Part shown: piece after piece, positions 49,076 through 58,359 of the stretch
How positions within the stretch are numbered: the stretch's first letter is position 1
Layout: each line of letters begins with the position of its first letter
From: a virus
DNA length: 64,000 bases
Direction: 5' to 3' (one strand)
Virus record (IMG/VR): IMGVR_UViG_3300048573_000442
Translations under genes and position numbers: made by a program
The notes under the pieces: model-generated
Database searches by the model: none
What the model was told of the DNA's origin: nothing
What the model saw: the letters and a program-made list of their open reading frames with translations, nothing else

Positions 49076-49892
49076 ACAGGATTTTCTTATAGAAGCTTCT
49101 TATGGAGTTGTAATCATCTTTATCAACAAATGCTTTATCTAATGCTTTATGAAAAACAGCGTTTCCCCGTTTTGCACACTCGGATTGTATCCTATATATA
49201 TTATCGCTATTGTTAGGAAGCTGACTCCTTATGGTCTTCAAATAATTTATGGGGAGAAGATCAAAAATCAGATGCGTTCTATATTCTTTTCCGAAATTTA
49301 TCGCTGAATGTGGATCCATGTTGTTAATTATATAATTACTATCAACATCGAGGTTATCAAATTCATGGATCTGGAAATTGATGTCAGTTTTAGTGTTTGA
49401 GCAATATTCGTTACTGATTATCGGTATGTGAATTTTTTCTGCCCATTTATGGGCCACGTAGCCATCGACATGTGGCCTTAGCACTTCTCCGGGACCCAAA
49501 ACAGATAGGCATACAGAAGAACCCTTCCATTTTTCGCCTGTTGATGATTCAAACAAAACAATAAATTTGCTTATTATTGATCTTATTGAAGCCAACAATT
49601 CTTCATCAAATTCGAAACCGGCATCACTATATGGAGCGTTTCTATCTAAATTTCCGACTATTTCTTCAATAGCCGGTATGATTCTTATCGTACTAGTAAA
49701 AGCTTTTTCATTACAAATATCTTTAGAATTAGCAAAATCATAATTTAATAAGAATTTTTTAATACGCTCTTTTTCAGAAGAGATTTCTACTTCATCAAGT
49801 ATTTTTATAAATGACGGCTGTTGAGTCAAAAAACTTTGGAAATCGTGATTATGCTTAAACTTATGCTGATGTAAAAATTTGCTAACTATCAT
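49068..49892 (-). CDS. Asp/Asn beta-hydroxylase (AspH)-family 2OG-Fe(II) dioxygenase
   Basis: L.PG..L.PHVD, IHIPI, NN..PHSA.N.G...RTHLIFD. Confidence 0.85.
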   Translation of the reverse strand: MIVSKFLHQHKFKHNHDFQSFLTQQPSFIKILDEVEISSEKERIKKFLLNYDFANSKDICNEKAFTSTIRIIPAIEEIVGNLDRNAPYSDAGFEFDEELLASIRSIISKFIVLFESSTGEKWKGSSVCLSVLGPGEVLRPHVDGYVAHKWAEKIHIPIISNEYCSNTKTDINFQIHEFDNLDVDSNYIINNMDPHSAINFGKEYRTHLIFDLLPINYLKTIRSQLPNNSDNIYRIQSECAKRGNAVFHKALDKAFVDKDDYNSIRSFYKKILYE

Positions 49893-51486
49893 ATTTCACC
49901 TCGTATAGGAAGTCCCCAAAAACAAACCATTTTAAGTTATTTGTTTTGCAGAAGTTGAATAAATCAGAGAGGGTATTTATAAAACCGCGCCCATTAAAGT
50001 TCAACGATGTATTACAAAGAACGCCGTACCCAGATAGTTCTTTAAAATCTTTTAATAAAAAATAAATTTTTTCATTTTGAGTTTTCGTGACGGTTTGAAT
50101 CCTGGCGCTGTTATCTATATGAGTTACGCCAGGAAGCTTGTCAGTTTTTAATTTTTCAAAGAACAGCATATATGGCGATTCGTATCCTGTTGGCACGTCA
50201 AAGTGCAAACTTGCATCTTCCTGTAAAACCATTGGGGCAACCGGACGGTAAGATTCTCTCTGTTTGATAGTGTTTAGTTTATTTTTAATGTCAGCATTTA
50301 ATGGCGACGCAAGTATAGATCTATTTCCGAGAGCTCTCGGACCTATCTCCGCTCTACCTTGAACAACGGGGATTATTTCCCCATCAAATAAAAGCTTAGC
50401 TATTAATTTACTATTATAGTCGCGCTTTGTTATAGAATTTTCATCAATATTATCGTAAAATGGGGCTTCTCCAGCATAAACATCCCATTTTATTTTAGCA
50501 GACCCTGTTATTCTATACTGCGCCTCAATAGCAGTGCCGATAGATGATCCGGAGTCGTCTGTGCATGGAGCCACAAAAACATCAGAGAACAATTTAGTTT
50601 CTCTTAATGCTGTATTCCAATCGCAATTTAACCCGCAGCCCCCAGAAATAAGCAGCGGAATATTTTGTTTTACGTAGGGCCTGATTTCAGTGATAATATG
50701 TTCTATTATCATATCAGAAAACAGTTTTGCAAAATCGCAAAAAAGTTGATCAGTTACTTTTAGCGGTAGAATTCCAATATGATTTAGCTCATTTAAAACG
50801 AATTGTACTTGCTCACTAGTTTTTCTTTTTATCACGAATTGGCGTATCATTAATTTAATAGAGTTTTTATATTTTTCTATTAAAGATTTATCCAGTTTGG
50901 ATAAATCTGCAAATGATATAAGGGCCATCAGTTTACCGGCCCCTCCATTGTCTATTATGGATGGCTTTTTAAACTTTACGGTGTTGTAAAGAGCGGAGTA
51001 AAGAGTTCCAATTGCATTTATATTTACATCGCACTTGACAATGTTCAAATTTTCGGTTATATAGTAAAAATTGCTTATAGCTCCCTCATAAACCAGGCAA
51101 TACGCCCTTTGCCCATTTTCGTAAGGGGACATTCCATATGCTTGCATAATATGGGATAGTTCATGAGTTGATTGAAACAGCTTTACGTTATTTCCAAACA
51201 TTTCGACGTCAGTGATGCTGTAATTAGTATTTAAAATATCGGAATTATTTGATACTCTGTATCCAAGCCCCTCTGTTTTGGTGTCTTCATAATGCCATCC
51301 CGAAATACAAAATATATTAGGGAATTTTTTACAATGTTTTGCAGTTTCAACAAATGTAATTGGAGATAAGTTTGTGTATCTCAAATTATTATTTTTTTCA
51401 GATTCAAACAGGCCTATTAATTTGTTACTGGTTTCATCTATTAATGCGTAACTACCATTATGAGAATTTTTTCCGCTAAATATCAT
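49882..51486 (-). CDS. O-carbamoyltransferase (CmcH/NodU/TobZ family)
   Basis: HELSH, GKLMAL, SGGCGLN, DDSG..IG, QGRAEIGPRALGNRSIL, K.RE.YRP.AP, TH.D.SAR.QTV and NTSLN. Confidence 0.93.
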   Translation of the reverse strand: MIFSGKNSHNGSYALIDETSNKLIGLFESEKNNNLRYTNLSPITFVETAKHCKKFPNIFCISGWHYEDTKTEGLGYRVSNNSDILNTNYSITDVEMFGNNVKLFQSTHELSHIMQAYGMSPYENGQRAYCLVYEGAISNFYYITENLNIVKCDVNINAIGTLYSALYNTVKFKKPSIIDNGGAGKLMALISFADLSKLDKSLIEKYKNSIKLMIRQFVIKRKTSEQVQFVLNELNHIGILPLKVTDQLFCDFAKLFSDMIIEHIITEIRPYVKQNIPLLISGGCGLNCDWNTALRETKLFSDVFVAPCTDDSGSSIGTAIEAQYRITGSAKIKWDVYAGEAPFYDNIDENSITKRDYNSKLIAKLLFDGEIIPVVQGRAEIGPRALGNRSILASPLNADIKNKLNTIKQRESYRPVAPMVLQEDASLHFDVPTGYESPYMLFFEKLKTDKLPGVTHIDNSARIQTVTKTQNEKIYFLLKDFKELSGYGVLCNTSLNFNGRGFINTLSDLFNFCKTNNLKWFVFGDFLYEVKYDS

Positions 51487-51989
51487 TTAGCCCCCTTGTT
51501 ATTTTTTATAATCAGTTTCCATGGAGAGATATCTGTTTCATCATGGACGATTACTATGCTTTTTACAGATTTTTTTATATTTATCGTGTGCAATAAGGCA
51601 GTTTGTTCTTTGGTAAGATTTATAGTTCCACCTTCAGAAATAATGTATTTTTGTTGCCCTATCGTTAATTCCCCCTCACCAGATAAAAAGAACAATGTTC
51701 TGTTGCAAATCCCATCTAATAAATTGTTTGGGTAAAATGTGGAATTATGAAGTTCTGGATTTGTCGCACTAACGACAAAGGATTCTTTTATTTTATGATT
51801 TTCTGGAATTAGCGATTTGCAAAATTTTTCATACTCTAGAGCTAAACTGTTCGAGTTTGGATCCAAAAAATGAAATAGGACTAATGCATGGGCACAATAA
51901 TTTTTATCGCTCAAAAAGTATCTAGGGACGTGAGGAATATCATCCCTAAAGTATACGGCGCCCAAAATGTTCAGGAAATTATCAGCCAT
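51483..51989 (-). CDS. Hypothetical protein, possible cupin/beta-barrel
   Basis: FLSGEGELTIG..KY.I.EG cupin-like strand pattern. Confidence 0.4.
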   Translation of the reverse strand: MADNFLNILGAVYFRDDIPHVPRYFLSDKNYCAHALVLFHFLDPNSNSLALEYEKFCKSLIPENHKIKESFVVSATNPELHNSTFYPNNLLDGICNRTLFFLSGEGELTIGQQKYIISEGGTINLTKEQTALLHTINIKKSVKSIVIVHDETDISPWKLIIKNNKGAK

Positions 51990-53535
51990 GCGAAACCAAA
52001 GATTTAAAATATGTATTGTACTTAGCGTTCATATGATAAGACAGAAGATGGTAATTTAAAAAGTTTTTGTTAGCTATGATTTTTTTATTAGAATACCCTA
52101 AAGTATTTAGGTACGGGATGCTGAAAGCAATATCAAATGATCTGCCTATGCTTTTCATGTATGAATTTACTTCTTTATGAAGATCATTACATCCTTTTTG
52201 AGAGGTGCCGTATAATTCGTTTTTCCAATTACCGTCTGGCAGAATTTCATACCCGTATTTTATCGAATTTATTTCAAATTCAGATTTGTTGATCGCTTCT
52301 CCCCCACTACGTAAACCCAATTCATTAAAGGATACGGTGTGGAGAGGAAAATTAAAATCAACCACTCTTTGTACCCAAGCCTCCATTGTTTCGTATGTGT
52401 CGTACGGAAGCCCTAAAATAAAGCCGCTCATTGTATAAACACTATCCCCCCAGGACTCTCTGCATTTATAAAGTGTTTCAATATGTTTTTCGATATTTCC
52501 GCCTTTTCCTATACAAGCCGCCGCTTTTTGGTTTAATGTTTCCATTCCAAATATTATTGACACGCAGCCCAAGTCTTTTATAAGTTGTATTTGTTCGTTA
52601 TGAGCCCCTATTAAATCTAACCTGGCGTAAGAAGCAAAATTAAAGTCAAATGGCAGTTTTCCAACAACTTTTAAAAGCGTTTCCAATTTTTTGGTTGAAT
52701 CATTAAAAGTGTCATCAGAAATTACATATTTCGTTATTCCCCATTTTTCATAATTTTCCATGAGCTCTGAATATAAAACATCAGGTTTTTTTAAATAGTC
52801 GTTTTTAGATTTTCCATTTAACGGGAACGCACAAAATTTGCATTTAAAAATACATCCCCTGCTCACTTCAATAGGAAGCACTTCCCCTGGTTGAATACAG
52901 TCACTCGTTTCATATTTAATAATAGATGAGCAAAAATCAAAACCGTCGGCTTTAGGGTTGTTGTTCACTATTCTTTGACCATTTTCTAATTTCGGCATCC
53001 AAAAAGGATTTTTTTTGTCTTTATATTTTAGGTAATCAGCTACCTGAGTTTCTGAATACCCTAAAAATTTATAATCAGATATATGGCCATCTGATTTATC
53101 TGCCTGCGCCCCGCCGATAATAAAGTCGCAATCCGTTTTTTTAGTTTTTACATATCGTTTAAGATCAATCAGCTGATTCCATGGTAAATAGAAAGGGTTG
53201 TCTGATATCACATGAGAAGACTTTAAATTTCTAGTATTATTTTTCTCGGCACGATTAAAATAAATCTTATAGGAATTAGAAAAAAACGTGGATGAAAAAC
53301 CGACAAACATAGTGTTTTCATTCATGAACTTATCCAATAATAACTTAACAGGATCCGTATTTTCTAATGTTAATATGTTCCAACCTTCTATTACCTGAAC
53401 CTCGATTCCAAGTTTTCTAAATTCGGAAGCTATTCTGTAGGCTCCAGCTGTTCTGTGCCTAATTACGCCAGATAGTTCTATGCAATCGTTAAAAATGATG
53501 CCATTTTTGGGGGCCATTTCATTTTGTTGGTTCAT
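51982..53535 (-). CDS. B12-binding-type radical SAM enzyme
   Basis: N-terminal Rossmann-like domain (GAYRIA..., VGFSSTF, IIGG); CxxxCxxC in EVSRGCIFKCKFC; DDTFN, GMET and GFILGLP. Confidence 0.88.
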   Translation of the reverse strand: MNQQNEMAPKNGIIFNDCIELSGVIRHRTAGAYRIASEFRKLGIEVQVIEGWNILTLENTDPVKLLLDKFMNENTMFVGFSSTFFSNSYKIYFNRAEKNNTRNLKSSHVISDNPFYLPWNQLIDLKRYVKTKKTDCDFIIGGAQADKSDGHISDYKFLGYSETQVADYLKYKDKKNPFWMPKLENGQRIVNNNPKADGFDFCSSIIKYETSDCIQPGEVLPIEVSRGCIFKCKFCAFPLNGKSKNDYLKKPDVLYSELMENYEKWGITKYVISDDTFNDSTKKLETLLKVVGKLPFDFNFASYARLDLIGAHNEQIQLIKDLGCVSIIFGMETLNQKAAACIGKGGNIEKHIETLYKCRESWGDSVYTMSGFILGLPYDTYETMEAWVQRVVDFNFPLHTVSFNELGLRSGGEAINKSEFEINSIKYGYEILPDGNWKNELYGTSQKGCNDLHKEVNSYMKSIGRSFDIAFSIPYLNTLGYSNKKIIANKNFLNYHLLSYHMNAKYNTYFKSLVSHG

Positions 53536-54109
53536 AGATATCCACTATCAAAGAATACCTAGAAAGCTCCGAATGGTTTTTTACTTCATGAATTCTTAAG
53601 TTATCAAAACACCAGACTTCCCCCTTTTTAATAGAAAAATCAGCACCACCAACAGTAAAAATGGCCCGTTCGGTGTTTTGTAGACCTATCTGTAATCTAT
53701 GATGGTGGGAATAGTATTCCCCCCGGTCTAAATGGGGAAGAACCTTTGCAAAAGGTTTCATTATTGACAGATAAATTTGCCCAATATGCTGAGATTTATA
53801 AAATCCTTTACAAATTTCAATAATATTGTTTAGTTCTGGGTGAAGATTATAATACTTTTTATCTAGATAAAAAGTATTATTCGTTATTTTGCTAAAATTG
53901 ATCGCTGGATTTTTACCTTCATCCCATACCGAAGACCTCGATAAATTAATAAATGTCCTACCTTCTTTAAGAGCAACATCATTAGCTACTCTCCAGTCAG
54001 AGTTATTAATTAAATTTATTTTTTCATATAATTGATCTATTAGTCTTTCATCCAGTGTATGGATTAAGTAAAACGGCGTTTTTTCTTTCATATTTCGCTC
54101 ACATCGCAA
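53519..54109 (-). CDS. AspH-family 2OG-Fe(II) dioxygenase
   Basis: PHLD, HHRLQI, GEVWCFDN..IHEV.N and RYSLIVD. Confidence 0.88.
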   Translation of the reverse strand: MRCERNMKEKTPFYLIHTLDERLIDQLYEKINLINNSDWRVANDVALKEGRTFINLSRSSVWDEGKNPAINFSKITNNTFYLDKKYYNLHPELNNIIEICKGFYKSQHIGQIYLSIMKPFAKVLPHLDRGEYYSHHHRLQIGLQNTERAIFTVGGADFSIKKGEVWCFDNLRIHEVKNHSELSRYSLIVDIYEPTK

Positions 54110-54651
54110 ACTATTGAATACCTAATCGTGCTATCTTTATTTTGAACGCTGTGCGTTTTTTGATTATCAAAACACCAGCATTCTCCCGTTTTCATATTTA
54201 CAATTTCTCCGCCAACACAAAAATCAGCATTTGAATCTGATCCATTTAGCGCTATTTGAATTCGATGATGAGCTAAATAATATGGTCCCCGGTCTATGTG
54301 CGGGTGAACTATTGAACCCAATTCCATCTTTGAAAGATAAACTTGTCCAAAGTGTTTAGCGCCATACAGATCCTTTATTTTAAAAATGATTTGTTCGACA
54401 TTTGGGAGCCTAGTCAATATTTTGCAAAATTGAAATGTTCCAACTGAATCACTTGACGCGCCGCTTTTATAAGGAGTGGACACCCATAGTGGAGAATCCG
54501 TAATGCTGATGTATTTTCTCCTATCGTTTAATATAGAAAGTTTAGATATTTTCCAATCAGATTCTGTTAACGCTTTGACTTCTGATAAAGCAGCGTCAAC
54601 TAAATCATTGTCTAATTGCGCAACCAGTTTTAAGGGCTTTAATTCTATCAT
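54088..54651 (-). CDS. AspH-family 2OG-Fe(II) dioxygenase (paralog of 53519-54109)
   Basis: PHID, HHRIQI, GECWCFDN..THSV.N and RYSIVCD. Confidence 0.88.
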   Translation of the reverse strand: MIELKPLKLVAQLDNDLVDAALSEVKALTESDWKISKLSILNDRRKYISITDSPLWVSTPYKSGASSDSVGTFQFCKILTRLPNVEQIIFKIKDLYGAKHFGQVYLSKMELGSIVHPHIDRGPYYLAHHRIQIALNGSDSNADFCVGGEIVNMKTGECWCFDNQKTHSVQNKDSTIRYSIVCDVSEI

Positions 54652-55244
54652 AGTGATAATTCTTCTTTTAAGGTGTATGATTTATTGGCCAAAGCCCGGT
54701 CATTTACTAGCATTTCATGACTTGACGGAGTTGTAAAATCTATAATCATATGTATTCTTACGGAATTATGAGTATTTTTTGCAGTGTGGATTTTACGATT
54801 GTTAATAATCCACACTTCATTTTGTTTCATTTCGCATTCAACTGCGGTGCCATCTTCATTAATATTTGCGTAATAGCTCCCCTCGCTTTTAAGCACAACA
54901 TGAGTGCGTCTGCAAAGAGAATGAAAATAAATCCTATCGCTGTGGGGATACACTGCAGAGTTGGGTTTTACAAAACTTAACTCTATTCTATATGGAACCA
55001 ATCCTTTTAAATCATCATATTTTTGCAATTCTTTTAAAATAGGCGCGCACCGTAAAAGCGCAATATTATCATACGGTTTTCCGTTGGCTACAGGAAGTAT
55101 TAATCTACAATCGTCTCTATTAAAAACTGTTTCCGTTCTTTTCATCGCGTTATCAACACCTACTGTTTGACAATACGAAGAAAGATCGTTTATAAGTTCT
55201 TCTTCTAATACGCCCAAACGCTTATTGTAAAATGTTTCGTTCAT
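54648..55244 (-). CDS. AspH-family 2OG-Fe(II) dioxygenase
   Basis: PHSD, RRTHVVL, EVW.INN.KIHTA.N and RIHMIID. Confidence 0.88.
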   Translation of the reverse strand: MNETFYNKRLGVLEEELINDLSSYCQTVGVDNAMKRTETVFNRDDCRLILPVANGKPYDNIALLRCAPILKELQKYDDLKGLVPYRIELSFVKPNSAVYPHSDRIYFHSLCRRTHVVLKSEGSYYANINEDGTAVECEMKQNEVWIINNRKIHTAKNTHNSVRIHMIIDFTTPSSHEMLVNDRALANKSYTLKEELSL

Positions 55245-56011
55245 GATAAAAGATTTCTAAATTCATTTGTAAATTTTCCATCAATTCTTAAGCTCCAAGT
55301 CATTGATGGAAAAGCATCGGCTCCGTGAATATCAAAACTGTTAAACCACGAAGATTGCCCCCTTATATAATGCTTTGTATTTGTAGCTTCGTCTAACACA
55401 TAAAATGGTTTACTATTTTGCTTGGGCCTAATCCATATAAATTCATGCTGATGTGGTTTATCAGCTATATAATCTCTTGTTCCATTGGCATGATGTAAAT
55501 CACTGTGTTCAGTTACAACGCAATAATGCTCATTAACAAAAAATAATACTCTTCCTATTTCAGAAAAAGGTAATTTATAAATCCAGTTTATAAGGTTTGG
55601 AAAATATTTCTTATTTTCGTCCCAGTCGGTGTGAAGTTCTTTATCCAATAATTTGTAATCATTGGTCCTGATGTTTCTTATGTAGACGCTGTAGCCAGCG
55701 TTATACAAATTATATTTTAACTTTAGGTATAACCTTTTTTGATTAAGAGTCATTCCGTTTGTTGCGGCCATAATTGAATCGTAATCTTTATGCTTTGGGA
55801 GCCCCCCTCTATTATAATAGCTTCCACCCTCTAGATTGTAAAGATCTTCTTCCCTCTTCTCGAAAACGCCAGGGCCCCAGCTACCAGCAACCGTGCTGCT
55901 TCTAGAAAGGCCAGTTATAATTTCTTCGGTAAGGTTGTTAAATTCTTCCACATTGATAAAAGAATCTAATTCTATCATTGGCTTATTAAAAATGCCTTTC
56001 ATTTTATCCAC
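55241..56011 (-). CDS. Putative 2OG-Fe(II)/cupin dioxygenase
   Basis: IGRVLFF, EHSD (HxD), DIHGAD (distal His) and SLRIDG.F. Confidence 0.65.
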   Translation of the reverse strand: MDKMKGIFNKPMIELDSFINVEEFNNLTEEIITGLSRSSTVAGSWGPGVFEKREEDLYNLEGGSYYNRGGLPKHKDYDSIMAATNGMTLNQKRLYLKLKYNLYNAGYSVYIRNIRTNDYKLLDKELHTDWDENKKYFPNLINWIYKLPFSEIGRVLFFVNEHYCVVTEHSDLHHANGTRDYIADKPHQHEFIWIRPKQNSKPFYVLDEATNTKHYIRGQSSWFNSFDIHGADAFPSMTWSLRIDGKFTNEFRNLLS

Positions 56012-57027
56012 TCCAAATCTATAAAATCGCCATCTACCAACATATCGAACGGGTGTTTTTTCATAAAAAACTCGTTCGATTCATATCTGTTAGTTTCCCT
56101 ATTCAGTTTAAACCACGGGTTTAAACCTATAACTAAAGCTATTCTTATATCCTCTTCTTTATATTTTTTGGAATCGTCCCATGCGGCCCTATGCAGCTTT
56201 GTGGTATCCCAAGAATGCCCTAAAAATTGTTCGAAGTAGAAATTGCCCAGCAATTTATCTTCTAGATAAAAATTGCTATTTGTCAATAATGGGATATTGA
56301 TTCTAAAATTAGTAAAATACGATTCATCGGAGTGCCACAAATATTCTTTGTCGTATTTAGAAGAAGAAAATCCAGGCCTTAACAGTGCGCATCTGCTTCT
56401 TACTATATCACATTTAAATTTAGATAAAAAATCGCCCCAATATCCCGTTGAAACGTTTGGGGTCAATTTGTTAAATCCCCATGTGTCAAAATAACTATTC
56501 TTGACAGTTAAGTCGACGCTGCGGTAAGACGTGTCTGGTGGCAGTTCTATATTAAATCCTTTAGTTCGCGCGTATTTTACGCCTTCGAGTATACCTTTTG
56601 AAGCGATTAAATTATAAAAATAAGTTGTTTGTTTATATTCTTCCAAATATATAAACAATTTTATCCCTTCCGGAGTATTAAAAATCGGTTTAAGATTTAT
56701 TTTTTCCATTCCGAGGGAGCTAACATTTGCGTCTACGTTCATGTCCGGATTATATGTTACGCTAAACCCGCCGTAGGTTTTGCTTCTATTTTTTGACTGA
56801 GAAACGCTAGACGTAAAACCCTGAAACTCATTTTTTTCCAATATCTCATTGGTATGGGATAATACTTTTGAAAAATCTACATCCTTAACCTTGTATTGAA
56901 AATATCTATCAGGTTTATGAATAGGCTCAAATTTAAAGTTTTTGTCAATTCCGCACTTTTGTTCCATGTAAGTGTGCAAATTCAAATTTGCTGGAACTTC
57001 ATCTTTAGCAAATGAAAATGATTTCAT
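55999..57027 (-). CDS. Putative AspH-like 2OG-Fe(II) dioxygenase with long N-terminal extension
   Basis: RSR.A.L.PG, WHSDE, RINIPL.T, WDT.KLHRA and RIALVIG. Confidence 0.72.
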   Translation of the reverse strand: MKSFSFAKDEVPANLNLHTYMEQKCGIDKNFKFEPIHKPDRYFQYKVKDVDFSKVLSHTNEILEKNEFQGFTSSVSQSKNRSKTYGGFSVTYNPDMNVDANVSSLGMEKINLKPIFNTPEGIKLFIYLEEYKQTTYFYNLIASKGILEGVKYARTKGFNIELPPDTSYRSVDLTVKNSYFDTWGFNKLTPNVSTGYWGDFLSKFKCDIVRSRCALLRPGFSSSKYDKEYLWHSDESYFTNFRINIPLLTNSNFYLEDKLLGNFYFEQFLGHSWDTTKLHRAAWDDSKKYKEEDIRIALVIGLNPWFKLNRETNRYESNEFFMKKHPFDMLVDGDFIDLEWIK

Positions 57028-57028
57028 A

Positions 57029-57790
57029 TTATTTCTTTCTTAATAGGCAAATTACTAAATAAGACAAATCTATTTCATACCATTTTTTTGCAAAATTTGG
57101 ATTGCCTGGGTCCTTATGATGGTTATTATGTAAAGATAGGCCAGCAGTAAAAAACGATAATGTCCAGATATTTCTAGAGTTATCTTTTGTTTCAAAGGAT
57201 CTATACCCAAAATGCTTTAAATGACAGACCGTATTAACCAAATAATTTAAATGTGATGAAAAAATAACTGCTAGAATATAAGAACCGAAAAAACGTGTTG
57301 AGAAAACAGAATCAAGCCCAATTAATAATATTGAAAACCCGTACAAAATTACATATTGATTATTATGCAATTTCATTAGAAATTTGTCTCTTAGTAAATC
57401 TGGGGCTTTTCTATATGCAGAGGTTAAATTTTCTTTCAAGAGCCATAAAAAATAACTATGCAAAACCCCTTTTGTCGGTGTATGTGGATCCTTTTCTTGG
57501 TCTGCATAGGGGTGGTGAACCCCCCTATGAACAGCTGCCCAAAAGAAAGCTGTTCCCTGCCCCCCAAGGCTTCCGATAAGTATAAGCGCATTTTTAATCC
57601 ATTCAGGCGTAGAAAAAGCTTTATGGGCAAGAAGGCGATGTATGCCTATTTCTATCGAAAATTGAATTAAGAATAGGAATATTAAAGTGGCTACAGTGTT
57701 AAAGCTTCCCATGAACGCAACAAATATAAAAATAATGTTAGTAGGAAGAACCCATTTCCAAAAATGGTTCAAATTGAAAATAGCTTTCAT
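57029..57790 (-). CDS. Membrane-bound fatty-acid (delta-9-like) desaturase
   Basis: Three His boxes HRLLAH, HRGVHH and HNNHH; DPHTP; multiple TM helices. Confidence 0.92.
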   Translation of the reverse strand: MKAIFNLNHFWKWVLPTNIIFIFVAFMGSFNTVATLIFLFLIQFSIEIGIHRLLAHKAFSTPEWIKNALILIGSLGGQGTAFFWAAVHRGVHHPYADQEKDPHTPTKGVLHSYFLWLLKENLTSAYRKAPDLLRDKFLMKLHNNQYVILYGFSILLIGLDSVFSTRFFGSYILAVIFSSHLNYLVNTVCHLKHFGYRSFETKDNSRNIWTLSFFTAGLSLHNNHHKDPGNPNFAKKWYEIDLSYLVICLLRKK

Positions 57791-58359
57791 TTTATGCTCA
57801 ATCTTATTGTCGTGTCTATTGGATAGTATCTTTTTCCGTATAAAGAATCCCAGAAGAAGGAAAATTTTGGTTTTGCCATTGCAGGAACATTTTCAATTTC
57901 GAAAAGTTTATATTCGGCTCTAGCTGGCAGTTTAGACCATATTTTTTCGTGGGCCGCCTTATATTTAGTAGGTATTAAATTGTAATGCTGGTAAAACCCC
58001 AATTTTTCAGTTTCTTTTAAAACGTGAGTAAACAATTCCCCCATATAATACAAAGAATTTTCAGAAGATTTATTTTCTTCGTGTGTTATCATTCTACGTA
58101 ATATCCAAAATGGCAATGAGTCGCTAAATTGCACATTTATTGAACTCAAAAGGTCACCATTATCATCTATGAGCCCATAGGACCTGAACAATAAATTGTT
58201 ATTTAGGAAATAGCAATTTTTTACAGTTTCATTTACGCTTGGATTGTTGATTAGTTCTTTTAGTACTTCTTCGTCTTTTATTCCGAAAAAGGATTTTTGC
58301 GATTGAACCAAATTAGAGTATTGCAGCCAATTATCGATTGTTAATTGAATTATTTTCAT
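57787..58359 (-). CDS. Putative GNAT-fold acyltransferase
   Basis: About 190 aa with a GNAT-like secondary-structure pattern (YGLIDDNGDLLSSI.V, W.LRRM, GELF..VL..E..GF); no definitive motif. Confidence 0.4.
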   Translation of the reverse strand: MKIIQLTIDNWLQYSNLVQSQKSFFGIKDEEVLKELINNPSVNETVKNCYFLNNNLLFRSYGLIDDNGDLLSSINVQFSDSLPFWILRRMITHEENKSSENSLYYMGELFTHVLKETEKLGFYQHYNLIPTKYKAAHEKIWSKLPARAEYKLFEIENVPAMAKPKFSFFWDSLYGKRYYPIDTTIRLSIK

